Below, one piece after another: positions 31,697-45,193 of a DNA stretch of 64,000 nucleotides (positions within the stretch are counted from its first letter, which is position 1; each line of letters opens with the position of its first letter). Both the position numbers and the translations under genes were made by a program. Below the pieces are notes generated by a model, which was not told the DNA's origin, made no database searches, and was given only the letters and a program-made list of their open reading frames with translations. Where the stretch lies: assembly GCF_009914755.1 (NCBI RefSeq), contig NC_060925.1. One strand, 5' to 3'. The DNA comes from the human T2T-CHM13v2.0 reference genome, Homo sapiens.

Positions 31697-32151
31697 TGAA
31701 TATTTTTTGAGTTTTTTATAGAGATGGGGTCTTGCTCTGTTGCCCAGGCTGATCTTGAACCCCTGGCCTCAAGCGATCCTCCTAAAGTGCTAGGATCACA
31801 GGCACAAGTCACCACATGGGATACTTTTAGGATTATTATGTCTGCTTAGTTAATTGACCTGTGTATCATTATGAAATGACCTTCTTTATCCCTGTTAACA
31901 TTCTCTACTATGAAATCTACTTTGTCCAATATTAACATAGTTACTGCAGCTTTCTTTTAATTACCATTAGCATGGCATTCCCTAATCTACCCTTTCATTT
32001 TTAGGCTATGAGTCTCTTTATATTTAAAGATCATTTCTTATAGGCAGCAAATAGTTGGATCTTGTTTTTTTTTAAACCAATCTGCTCATCTCTACCCTTT
32101 GAGTATTTAGATCATTTGCATTTAATGTGATTATTGATATAGCTAGATTTT

Positions 32152-32220
32152 TTTTTTTTTTTTTGAGACAGTCTTGCTCTGTCACCCAGGCTGGAGTGCA
32201 GTGGCGCGATCTCGGCTCAC
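32152..32220 (-). mobile_element. Severely 5'-truncated Alu with perfect 16-bp TSD
   Basis: gatatagctagatttt at 32136-32151 and 32221-32236; 56 bp of Alu 3' end plus tail. Confidence 0.93.
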
Positions 32221-32772
32221 GATATAGCTAGATTTTAAGTCTATCTTCTTACTACTTTTTTTCTTTTCTTTCTTCTTTTTCTATTTTTTTTTTTTTTTTT
32301 TTTTTTTTTGGGACAGGATCTCATTCGGTCACCCAGGATGGAGTGCAGTGACACAATCATGGCTCACTGCAGCTTCAACCTCCCCAAGCTCAGGTGATCC
32401 TCCACCTCAGCCTCTCGAGGAACTGGGACTACACATGCACCACCACACCTGGCTGACTTTTTTGTACTTTTCGTAGAGACCGGGTTTCGCCATGTTGCCC
32501 AGCCTGGTCTCAAGTGATCAGGGGCTCAAGTGATCCTCCCACCTCAGCCTCCCAAAGTGCTGGGATTATGGGTATGAGCTACCGCACCCGGCCAGCTATT
32601 GGTTTTCTATGAGTATTCTATCTGTTCTTGGTTCACTTTTTCTTTTTTTCTTTCTTGCCTTCTTTTGGACTAATTGAATGTACTTTATGATTGCATTTTA
32701 TCCCATTTGTTGCCTACAAGCTTTAACCCTTTGTTTTGTTATTTTAATGGTTGTCTTAGCATTTACAGTATA

Positions 32773-33103
32773 TAAATGGTCCTTAATTTATGGGATTACA
32801 TCCCAATAAACCCACTGAAAGTTGAAAATATCTGAAGTCAAAAATGCATTTAATACACCTAACCTACCAAACAACATGGCTTACCCTAGCCTATCTTAAA
32901 TGTGATCAGAACACTTACATTAGCCTATAATTGGGCAAAATCATCTAACACCAAACCTATTTTCTTATGAAGTGTTGAATATCTCATGTAATTTATTGAA
33001 TGCTGACCTAAATTATGGTTTCTATCAAATGTGCATCTATTTAGCACCATCTTAAAGTTGAAAAATCATAAGTAGGACCATTGTAAGGAGGGAACCATCT
33101 GTA
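32773..33103 (+). mobile_element. MER47A-like Tigger element
   Basis: aaaaatgcatttaatacacctaacctacc...cagaacacttacattagcct...catctg|ta. Confidence 0.82.
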
Positions 33104-33176
33104 CATCTTTAGCTCATCACAGTCTACCTGTCAAATGATACTATGCCATGTCATGTATAGTATAAAACCCTGGCTA

Positions 33177-33308
<132 letters not shown>

Positions 33309-33414
33309 TTAAAAAAGAAAAGAAAAGACAAAAATGATAGTATCCTTCCATTTCTCATCTACAGACCTTTGTACCATTCTTGTCCTGTATTTTATTTTCG
33401 CATATACTACAAGC

Positions 33415-33930
33415 CAGGGGTCCCAGCCCCCAGGGCCACACACATGGCCTTTTAGGAATCAGGTTGCACAGCAGGAGGTGAGCAGTTGGAGAGCAAGCCA
33501 CGCTTCATCTGTATTTACAGCCACTCCCCATGGCTTGCTTTACAGCCTGAGCTCTGCCTCCTTGTAGACCAGCGGCAGCATTAGATTCTCGGAGGAGCCT
33601 GAACCCTATTGTGAACTGCACATGCGAGGGATCTAGGTTGCGTGCTCCTTATGAGAATCTAATGGCTGATGATCTGTCACTGTCTCCCATCACCCCCAGA
33701 TGGGACCATCTAGTTGCAGGAAAACAAGCTCAGGCCTCCCACTGATTCTACATGATGGTGAGTTGTATAATTATTTCATTATATATTGCAATGTAATAAT
33801 AATAGAAATAAAGTGCACCATAAATGTAATGCACTTGAGTCATCCCCAAACCACCAGCCCCACCCCAGTCCATGGAAAAATTGTCTTCCACAAAACCAGT
33901 CCCTGGTGCCAAAAAGGTTGGGGACCACTG
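33415..33930 (+). mobile_element. MER1A-like hAT-Charlie element
   Basis: caggggtcc...gcattagattctc...gccaaaaaggttggggaccactg. Confidence 0.88.
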
Positions 33931-34368
33931 CTATAAGCCCCTTACAATATTGTTACTATTTTATTTAAATGGCCAATTATATTTTAAAGAGATTTAAATG
34001 ATAAGAAATTGTTTATTCATTTGGTTACCATTTCTGGTACTTTTTTTTCTTCTGGTAGATCCAGGTTTCCATCCGATATCATTTTCTTTCTGCCTGAAGG
34101 ACTTTCTTTAACATTTCTTGTATTTGTGGGTGTGCTGATGATGAGTTTTTTCAACTTTCCATGTCTGAAAAAGTTCTAATTTCACCTTCCTTTTTGAGAG
34201 ATTTTTATGGGATAGAAATTTCTAGGTTGGCACTTTTTTTCTTTCATTATTTTGAAGATGTTGCTTCACTACCTCCTCACTTGCATTATTTCTAACAATA
34301 AATTTACTGGTATCTTTATCTCTGCTCCTCTGTATATAACATATTCTTCTTTTTTCTTTTTATCGCTA

Positions 34369-34781
34369 TGTATTAGTCTGTTTTGTGTTACTATGAAGGT
34401 ATACCTGAGACTGGGCAATGTATAAAGAACAGAGTTTGACTCATGGTTCTGCAGACGGTACAAGCATGGCACCAACATCTGTTTGGCTTCTGATCAGGAC
34501 CTCAGGAGGCTTTACTCATGGCGGAAGGTGAAGGGAGAGCAGGCATGTCACATGGTGAGAGAGGGAGCCAGAGAGAGAGGAGGAGGCGCCAAGCTCCTTT
34601 GAACAACCAGCTCTCACATGAAGGAACAATACGAGATGCTCATTACCATGGGGAGGGCACCAAGACATTCATAAGGGATCTGCCACCTCAACCTAGACAC
34701 CTCCCGCCAGGCCCCACCTCTAACATGAGGGGTCAGATTTCAACATGCGATTTGGAGGGGACAGATATCCAAACTGTATCA
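34369..34781 (-). mobile_element. MaLR solo LTR (MST-like)
   Basis: tgtattagtctgttt...atccaaactgtatca, the reverse orientation of the 28362 element type. Confidence 0.88.
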
Positions 34782-34881
34782 CACTGGTTTTGAGCAATTG
34801 GTTACAATGTGCCTTTTGTACTTGTCTTTATGTTTCTTGTACTGGGTGTTCATTGAGTTTGTTGGATCTGTGGATTTATAG

Positions 34882-35328
<447 letters not shown>

Positions 35329-35695
35329 TGAGCCACCATGCCTGGCCTGTGCTTCATTTTGGATCATTGCTATTGCTGTGTCTTCAAGTTTGTTAATCTT
35401 TTCTTCTGCAAAGTCTAATCTGCCATTAATCCCCATCTAGTATATTTCCCATCAAAGGCATTGTAAATTTCAACTCTAGTGGTTTGATGTGGATCTTTTA
35501 AATATTTTCCATTTCTCCTACTTAACTTTTTGAATAAATAGCATATACTTATTCAGACATTTCTCTGGGCTCCTCACAGCCTATCCCCTTCTACCCTAGA
35601 AGCAGTGGGCTGCCTGAGACACCAGAATTAGTGTCTTTGACCAATGCTAATATCTGTGTCAGTTGTGGTCAGTAGTCGAGACAGAGTCTCACTAA

Positions 35696-35866
<171 letters not shown>

Positions 35867-38800
35867 TAAGAGCCTCTTTAAGATTTGTCAGGATTGGAAT
35901 AGTCCTCAGTCTAGGGCTAATTATTTCCCACCACTAAGGTAAGACTCTCTGTGTACTCTACTCAGTGCCTAATAAATCATGAGGTTTTCTGGTATGGCTT
36001 GTAGGAACAGGCACTATTCCTGCCCTGTATGAGGGCAGACACTGTTACCTGTAATCCTTTTGGGCGGTTCTTTCTCTAGCCTTGGGTCATTTCTTCCCAT
36101 GCACACACCGATCAGTAAGCACGCAGGTGAATACTATAGGGGCCTTTCTGCAGTTCTCTCTCTCTGCAGCTGTCTCCATTCAGTTACTCTGTCCTGTGAA
36201 CTCGGGCTGCCTTTGTCTCCCTAGACTCGAGCAGCATCTCCTCAGCTTCAGGGGGTTTTCCAGGCTCCACCTTAGTACCCGCTCTGCACCACATCTGGGA
36301 GTAAACTGGGAGTAAATCTAGGGATCAACTCATTTGTTTCCTGTGTCTCGGGGATTGCTATTCCTCATTACCTGATAGCCAGTATTTTAAAAACCACTGT
36401 TTCATTAGTTGTATCCATTTTTTTGGTTGTTTTAATCAGGAGGATATATCTGAATCCTATTCCCTCATCTTTGCCAGAAGCAGAACTCCCCCAGGCACTG
36501 TTCTAATCCTGATTCGTACTAGTTCATTTAATACCCAGCCTTACGCATTGGGTAAATGCCTTGAGGGCAGGGATCCTATCTTTTGCCATTTAGTCTTCCT
36601 CATAATGCACTGGGCCTTGCACATAGTAGGTGCTGAAGAAGTCCTTCATTTTATTCGATTTTGAACTTGGATTTGTGGAGGTTTTTTGCATTCAGAATGC
36701 TGGTTCTCCCACTTATTATGACACTAGGAAAGTACATAACCTCTCTTAGCTATTACATGGGGACACCAGTGTGGTTGTTGTGGCAACTGTATAAAAGCAC
36801 TTGTAAACTCCATGGAGCATGAACCTTGTTTGTTTACCAGTGTGTTCCCAGCACCTACCACAAGGAATATATATAATAGGACTGGCAAATAACATAGTTT
36901 CCCTTGCCCCTATGGTGTTTTAGAGCCTTCAGCCCAGCAGGCTGCTTGCCCTCTGTAGACACATTATCCTCAAGATAGCTATGGGTGTGAACAATGCTGC
37001 TCTCAGCATCTTAAAATATGGTAACGCTCCAAAATGGGGATTTTGTGTTGTACCCTGAGCACACAGGCACAAATCCATGTGCCTGCCCTGGTACCCAGTC
37101 CTAAGGCTGCTGACAGCCCCTTTCTGCCATCTTGGAGCAAGTTTAGCGCTCCCAGCTCTAAAATCTGGCTTTCTATAGCTTAATAACTTTATGATCTAGC
37201 AATCAATTGATATTGACAGCATCTTTTGTTATTCTGTGGCCACCAGAAATGAGAGGAACTCACCACCTTTAGTTGACATGGCAGGAATGTCAGGAAAGTC
37301 AGAAACTAGGGTCCCACATCTAATCTTTCCTGGTAGATGTGAGGGTGGGGAGCAGAATACATTAGACCCCACCTAGTCCCTCAGTCAGTATTTCCTTAGC
37401 TTCCAAACCCCAAATTTGGCACTGATTTCTTCTATTCTGACTCCTTCCCTTGATAAGAAGCTAATGGCTGCTCCCAGGGGATTCTAGAGGTGCCAGATGC
37501 ACACCAGCCCACCTATATCTGCCAAGAGAAGGAGCCAGTCCCCCGCTCCCTCCACGTTACCCTGAGCGGACATCCTTCATTCTTACCCTGGCTAGGCCGT
37601 CCCATCTGGGACAGCTTTCTCCATGGCTCCTTCACAGACTCCTGCCACACTTTAGAAGCCAGAAGTGCTGGCCAAAGCTGTCAGTGATTCCTTTGCACTG
37701 GACAGCCGCCCTCACAGGAGCCTCTCCAAGGCCTATCTGACCAGCCCCAGATGGGCCCAGCCCACGCCAATGTATTTCTGATTAGGCAGAATGGAAATGC
37801 TTCCCAAAAAGGAGGCACCTGAAGTCCTGGCCACAAGGAGGGACAGAGCTCTGGTGCATATTTCTCTAGAAATCCTTAAACCCTGGAGACATTTCTCTGG
37901 GCTCTTCACAGCCTATCCCCTTTTACCCTAGAAGCAGTGGGCTTCCTGAGATGACCCCCAGGTGGGCTAGGCTAGCCCTGAGGCGAGAGGCAAGACCCTC
38001 CTTGCTAGATGTAGCAGTGCAATAGTTGTTCACATCTCACCCTGGTGACCATGCTGCCCGGGATGTTGGAGGATTGGCCCTGCCCAGAGAGGGGCACATC
38101 AGGGAGACGGCTGTTGATCAGAAATAGCTTTTGTCACTCTGTATTCTCACTAGGGAGGAAAATTAGAAGACAGAGCCCTTGGGCCTGACTCAGACCCTGA
38201 CATGAGTTCTTGAGGGTGTGGACAACTGGGGTAACTCAGCTATCTTCAGTAGGTTCAGTGTCAAGGCCTATCGAAGCTGTTAGCCTGGCAGCCAATCAGA
38301 AGTGTGGTGTGGGTTAGCACCGCTGAGAAAGTGACTGTAGGGTGAGTCTAACCTAAATGGTGTGCCACCACTCACCTCTTACAACAGGAAGTCATCTGGG
38401 GAGACACCGAGCTCTCTGCTGTACACAGCCATTGAATGCTGAAAATTGCTACCCTAGGGATGGCAGCATCTTAAGATTCAACCCAGATAGGACATCTGGT
38501 TAAGGATGCTTCTCAGAGTCAGATGGAAGGTGTGGGAGGTATGGATGATATTGGGGAATATGTGTCAGGAAGTGGGGAGGACATAGGAGGAGGATTTTGA
38601 CATCAGAGGAGAGAATAGCAAGAGCTAAGCCACAAGAGGGAAGGGTGGCTTCTGGGAATGTGGATCGAATTTTGTGCAGCTGTAATGAGGGTTGCTTGAT
38701 TGCACCTGGAGATGGGTGTGAACTGTTGGCTGGGTGTGCACTGTGAAGGGTCTTGAAGGACCTGCTCAAGAGTTTGGAATAGGTGGCGGGAGTCGGTGGA

Positions 38801-39103
38801 GAAAGGACAATTGTAATGGAAAGTTACAGGGGCTCTGGGTTTGAATCTGATTCTACCATTTACTTGCTTGGGCGAGTTTACTCTGAAACTCAGTTCATTC
38901 ATCTGCAAAATACCTTCTTGCAGGGTTCTGAGGATTAAGTGAGATAATGAAATGTGTAACTTTCATTCAGTAACTTTAGTAGACCGTCTTATTCAATGTT
39001 GTTCTCACTAGACTGTATATTATTAGAAGGTAGGGACTGTGTCTTATTCATGCCCAAACTCAGACACTCAGTCTAGTGCTTGCCTGAAGAAAGTGCTCAG
39101 TAA

Positions 39104-39422
<319 letters not shown>

Positions 39423-42400
39423 CTAAGTGAAAGAAAGAATAAGCAAGTAGAACTTGATACATAGTAATTATTCAATAATTTTTTGTTGAAATCTGAATGG
39501 AAGTTGTTATGGTACCATGATCAGATCTTCATCTCAGAAGGGTAACTGTGGCAATAAAAAGGTAGGGGGTTTGGAGGAGGCAGAGATAGAAACATGGGGA
39601 ACTCTTGGAAGGCTTTGCACTAATCTCAGTTAATGGCACTCATCAAGACAGGAAATACTACGGGAGGAAAAGAAGGAGCAGGTAGCGGACAAGGGAGGGA
39701 ATAACAAACTCAATCTTGACCCCGTTAAGAGTGAAACTCCAATAGGAAGGGCTGGGTACTCAGTGAGCTGTTACAGGTACCCACCTGGAGATACCTGGGA
39801 GAGAAAGAATTATGAGCCCTGAGTCTGTTAGGTGTGGTTGATACCAGTGGCATAGGTGAGACTTACCCCCCAAGGAGAGCAGGGGTACACAGGGGGAGAA
39901 GAGAAGACCCCAGGAAGCTGAAAGGAAGACGGGGGCATAGTCAGATGGAGAAAGTGGTTCCTAACTTGTTTGTAATGGACTATAATTTCAGGCGTGTGGT
40001 TATTATGAGAGTAATCACAGAGGTAAACCATGAGGCCGCAGAGTATAGAGTTCAAGGACTTGGGTTCTGGAGTCAGACCCAGCGGAATTGATATCTGGCT
40101 CCACCATTAACTAACAGTGTGGATATGTGCAAGTAACTTCACTTGCCTTAACCTCCTTTTGCTTTCTGTAAAATATAGATAATAACTGTAGCTTCCTCAT
40201 AGGTTTGTTGTAGGGCTTAAATGAAATTATGAACAAATTATTAGTACAGTGCCTGCACATACTAGCTAACGGTGATTTCAAAATATGTCTCAGGGGTGCG
40301 GTGGCACCTTGCCCTGGTTTTCAGCCTCTCTATATGCCACTACATCTGATCATAAGGTCATAAGGCCCTAAATCTGATCTCCACTGCTGCTACCCTTCAA
40401 CTGGATAGTTGAGGAAACCTGATGTCCATAGTTGCTCAAGATACCATATCAAGCTGGAGTTGGAGCTGGGACTAGAATACAAGCTCCTGACTTCCAGTCC
40501 TGTATCACAGCTTTTCTGGTACATGCAGAACTACAGGGTGGATCTTACAAGAGGATCTGGCCACATGACAGGATTGTATCTGAGAAAGGAAAAAAGCTTA
40601 AAATAATGTCTTTCATCATCTAACACTTTGAGTTAGGAAAGTGGCCCATTCATCATTTCAATGGGGCTTTCTGAACCCCAGCACGACGCCATGGATTTAG
40701 GGCTCTGGCTGCTACAGCTTTAGATCCAGCCTCCTCTTCCTAAGTCCAGGGACAAGAATAGCCAGTTCCCATCCTTTGTGCGATCACATCTCAGGGCCTT
40801 AAAGGCTCTTGCTCAGACTCTTCCATGCCCCCTCCCTCTTACCCTGGCCAAGCTATCACTATTATTGATTATTCATAGGGAAGAGGTTCAGAGGTTCAGA
40901 CAGGGCCATTAGATGCTTCAGGGAGTCCTGTCTTCCTTCCTTTGAGACCCTGGGGCTTCAGTCTGGATTTTTCCTCCTGGAGGCTGGCCAACTTTGGTAT
41001 ATTATATATGATCTTTGTATATTTCTTCTAGTCCTAAAGTCCCTGCCAGCACAGTCTCTGTTTTGCTGACTTCTTACACATGGCTTTCTTCCCAACCTAG
41101 ATTCACTGACAGCTGGGACAGGGTAGGGAAAGAGACATTAACTAGAAGTCAAGAGGCTTTGAAAGTAATGAGCTGTGATGGAACAAGTTACTTCCCTCAG
41201 TTTCCTTATCTATAAAATGGGCATAGTACCTGCTCTTAGGATAAAAGAGTAGCCTGGGGGAAATAATGGATGTTAAAAAGGTTTGAAAGACCCTATTCAG
41301 ATGTCAGATTTTCATAAGGTTTGGAATGGCAGGGAGCAGTACCCTAAAAGAACACAGTGTCCCTGAGAACTTTCCTAACCAGGTCTGGCATCTGGTGTGC
41401 TGCTTCTAAGGAGAGATTCATGCTGACTCCTGGGGTACCTTGGCTTGGTGTTTGAATAGGTTGTTATTAGCTGTATGTGAAGGTTGCATTGCAGAGCTTC
41501 CCGGCATGAATCCAAGGACACAGTGTGGCCACAGAGAATCTGGGGCCTGTTTTTTTTTTCTTAAGTATTAGATTCCCACTGAGCAAGGAGGTTCTTTTTA
41601 TGAAGAAAAGCATGTTTCTTAGCTGGCTGGACAAAGCAGGTGAGCTGTTATTGATGGCCCAAGGATCACAGGAAACCACCTCTCTGGGGGAAACCCCCCA
41701 AACAGCCTCTAAAATTTGAAAAAAAGATTGCTCCAGACAAAGCCAGAACCTACTTTCACCCCCATTAATGTGAGATCTTCCCCTGCAAACACCCGGTAGC
41801 TCACCCCAGCCCCGGGTGCTGACCGTCTCCCTCCTTTTATCTGCCTGCCAGAGAAGACAGCTACTGGTATTGACAGTTCTCCTGCACCGAGGGCGGCCAG
41901 CCGGCTGGGGTGCTGACTCTCAGCTCTCTTGTTTTTGTGCCTGCCAGGCACTCGCAGGCTTCTGGGAAGAAGACTGTGTGGGAGGATGAAGCCAAATTGG
42001 GCTGCAGTTTGAAACCTTCCCGAGCACTGACGGATTTGGCTTAGGTGGGAGAGGGAGAGGGTTTCTCATGAAGGTAGCCAGAGCTTAAGATGGAGTTGGC
42101 AGCTTGGTGTCCGGGGGGCTGAGTCTAGTCCTCCACCCAGCTTATGTTTCCCCAGGACTGGATTGTTTCAGAACTGTAGGAAAAGCTACACAGATTTGGA
42201 GAGAGACCTGATAACCCCTCTCAGCCACAGTCCAGGGCCCTCCGGGGTCCATGAGCCATCAGACTCCATGAACATGGTAGCAAAGCCAGGCCTCTGAAGG
42301 CAGTTTCCCTGCCGGGACTCCAGCCCCCACTGTATTTAAAGATGGCAAAGTGCCCACCCAAATAGCCTCATCATTGCTGAGGGTCTGTACATGACAGTGA

Positions 42401-43229
42401 CTGGGGCGTAGGCAGCTGCACACACCAGGGCTGAGTCCCAGCACACGTGTTCTACCTGTGTGACTCCGAGCCTTAGTTTTCTCATCTGTACACAGTCTCT
42501 GTCTCAAGGCTATTGGAATGAGTCAATGATAGAGTGCACGTAAATCACTTGCACAGAGAGTTGTTCAAACAATGGTAGCTAGAACTGCTATTGATCTATT
42601 GTGGGGTAATTGTCTTAACTGCTTTGAAGGATTCAGCCCTATGTGTTCCTTTGTCCAGTCAGATGGGAAAATATAAATGAGCCCTTCTCAATGTTAGGAA
42701 TGACAAGATCAGGCCAAGACCCCTCTTTCTCAGACTATCCGGAAGATACACAGATGACCTGGACAGTGTCTGCAGGCTCCTGTGTATCCTGAGGCTTCCT
42801 GAGGGCCAAGTTCTATGGGTGGGAAGGCAGCTTGCTCTCTAGGTTGCCATAACTCTGCATCTGATTTGCATGTGTTTGTGGTGACCCTGCAGTTTCTTCT
42901 GGCATTTCCAACTTAAAATATTGCTGTTTCCCCAGGCAGGGCAGATATTGATTTTTTTCTTCTCTAACCATTCCGATTGACCCGGCTCCCCCACCCAGCG
43001 AATGGGGGAGGGAGGGGGTGGGGGTGAGGAAGTGGATGGGGGAGAAGGGAGGAGGGATGGTGTTGCCCTTATAGCTAGCACCTTTTACTCCGTGGAACCT
43101 GAGTCACCGGGGCTGATGAGAATGGGCTCTTTCCAGAAGCAAGTGCATGATGAAGAAAGAACGAGGGAATGTTCCCCCTCGGGTCCATCCTGGTCCCTTC
43201 TTTCCCTGCATCCCTTATATGACCTGCAG

Positions 43230-43860
43230 TTCCCTGAGTCCACTTGCCACCGGGGGCGGGTGGCACCCAGGCGGCGGGGAGGCGGGGGAGGGGCGCAGTG
43301 ACAGCCGAGCCGGCTTTGAGGAACCTTGCAGAGGAAGTGGCTTCAGAACTGCTTTACGCGAGGGGCAGGAAAGGCGCGGGAGGCGGGGGAGGTGCGGAGA
43401 TGGCGCTCTGCACGGCGGCGGAGGGAGGGCGCTGGCGCCGGGGACACGAAACCGCAGAGCCCGGACGAGTCAGGGAGTGAGGCGCGAGCCGGGCGCCCGG
43501 GGCTCTGCAGGCGCAGGCGGCGCGGGGACAGGAGCAGGTTACCGGGCCGCCCGAGCGCTCGCACCCCGCTGAAAGAAACGCAGGCGGCCCGCCGGCTCTG
43601 CCTGGTCCGCTACCCGACCAGCTCCCGGCTCGGGGCTCAGAGCTAGGGGCTTACGCCAAGCGGAGCCCGGGGAGGGGTGCCCACCTCCCTCCGCCGCATC
43701 CCAAGCCCGGCCCCCTTGATGCGCTGGCGGCCTCGGCCGGGAACTCCGGGGTAGATGACCGTGGACAGCAGCATGAGCAGTGGGTACTGCAGCCTGGACG
43801 AGGAACTGGAAGACTGCTTCTTCACTGCTAAGACTACCTTTTTCAGAAATGCGCAGAGCA
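43230..43860 (+). promoter_or_regulatory. RASSF5: CpG island / internal promoter and 5' UTR of NORE1B (RAPL)
   Basis: Densest CpG and GC stretch of the window, directly upstream of the RAPL ATG. GC boxes, GAGGAAGTG (ETS/PU.1 type) at 43331, TGAGTCA (AP-1) at 43100. The exact TSS cannot be determined from sequence. Confidence 0.9.
43719..43754 (+). promoter_or_regulatory. Upstream ORF MRWRPRPGTPG* in the RAPL 5' UTR, in frame with and abutting the main ATG
   Basis: ATG CGC TGG CGG CCT CGG CCG GGA ACT CCG GGG TAG|ATG read directly from the sequence; translation not demonstrated. Confidence 0.7.
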
Positions 43861-43874
43861 AACATCTTTCAAAG
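43755..43874 (+). CDS. RASSF5: RASSF5 isoform C (NORE1B/RAPL) first coding exon, 40 codons
   Basis: MTVDSSMSSGYCSLDEELEDCFFTAKTTFFRNAQSKHLSK is the recalled RAPL N-terminus. Ends AAG|gtaaac in phase 0, like exon 2, consistent with both splicing to a common next exon outside the window. Confidence 0.97.
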
Positions 43875-45193
43875 GTAAACATAATAATGGAATGCAGGAG
43901 CCTTTCGTGGGGGGAAATAACCTCTGTGGTCAATCTAGAAGGGAAACCTTGCTCCCAGCAAAGGGACAAAGCCACATGTCAGGAAAGTGGCCAGGCAGTT
44001 GCCCTGAGGGCTGAGCATCGTATCTGGAGCCCTTCAGGGACCTGCACTATTCAGTTGGTCAGCCCTCCTCACAGCGGTTCCATCCACAGATCTCTTCAAA
44101 ATGGCTCTCCAGAATGTGGGGGCTGCCCCTGGCTGGTAGATTGGCTGCAGGTTCACCTGTGCCTGAGTGCACGGTCTCATAACCGCACCCCCTCCCCAAA
44201 TCCTAGCTTAGAAGTTCTAGGTGGAAACTGAATGCCACCCAATCCCACAATAAGATAAACATTCATCAGTTGATAAACATTCATAAACACACATTCATCG
44301 GTTGGGACTTCCGTATTTGAAGTGGCCAGAAACCACCTTAAGTCGTAATCCAGCAACTTTGCAGAAGTCCAGGGTGTTTTTAGAAGCAGACGAAAACTTC
44401 TGGCCTAGGCTGCTGTCATGCTACCACTTTAACTTCCTGGGTCGGTTTGGGTAACCTGAAGGGGCTTGCGTGTGTTTCCTGATGGCATGACTTGTATTTC
44501 CTAAAGGTGTCCGCCTCTAGACACCCAGCAAGCCTGGGTGCCCTGGCCACTCTCCTAGTTGGCTGCAGGCCTCGTGTCTGTCAGTATCTTGGTGGGAGTG
44601 GAGGTAAAGCTGAGTTTGTTTATTTGTTTTGCTACTTAGATGAGAGGGCTCCAAGCCAGGTCCTTAGAGAGGTTACCTAGAAGGGGCTGGTTTATAGACA
44701 GAAGTGAGCTGTTATATTTCGCAGGTGTGTGGCAGGCTCATCATTAATTCAGCAGTGCTACACCAATTCAAATTAACCAAAAACTTCCCCAGGCCTGACT
44801 CTGAGGCCTCCTTTGTTAATAATTCATCTTGCCTGTAGGCTCTGCCTTTCCTGGATTCTGAAGTCAGGCAAATATACTGTACCTTCCAATTGTGAGAAGA
44901 GGCCCAAGAACCAAAGAAGAGATTGTGATTTTATGTTTGAAGGAGTCAACTAAAATAGGCCCCTGTAACTAGCACCTGTTTTCCAGGGCACCACTCATGA
45001 GGCTGGAGAGCAGGGGATGTTCCAGAGGGTGAGGGGCAAAGGGACAGGCGTCCCTTTCCCTGGCTGTAGGTGGGGCTCCTGCAGAACACCGTGGCTGCAG
45101 AGGGGAGGTGTCCCACCCTCCCGTGGGGTTCTTGCCGCGTGGTATAAGTCCCCCAAATCCCCACAGATACTCCAGCTAGCTAGGTATTTAGAC

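Noticed and set aside
43245-43265. Possible CTCF site gccaccgggggcgg
   Set aside because: Lacks the core A of CCACCAGGGGGC; the match is too poor to call.
43755-44231. 158-aa ORF beginning at the RAPL ATG
   Set aside because: Only the first 40 codons match RAPL; the rest is read-through past the donor at 43875 with no recognisable homology.
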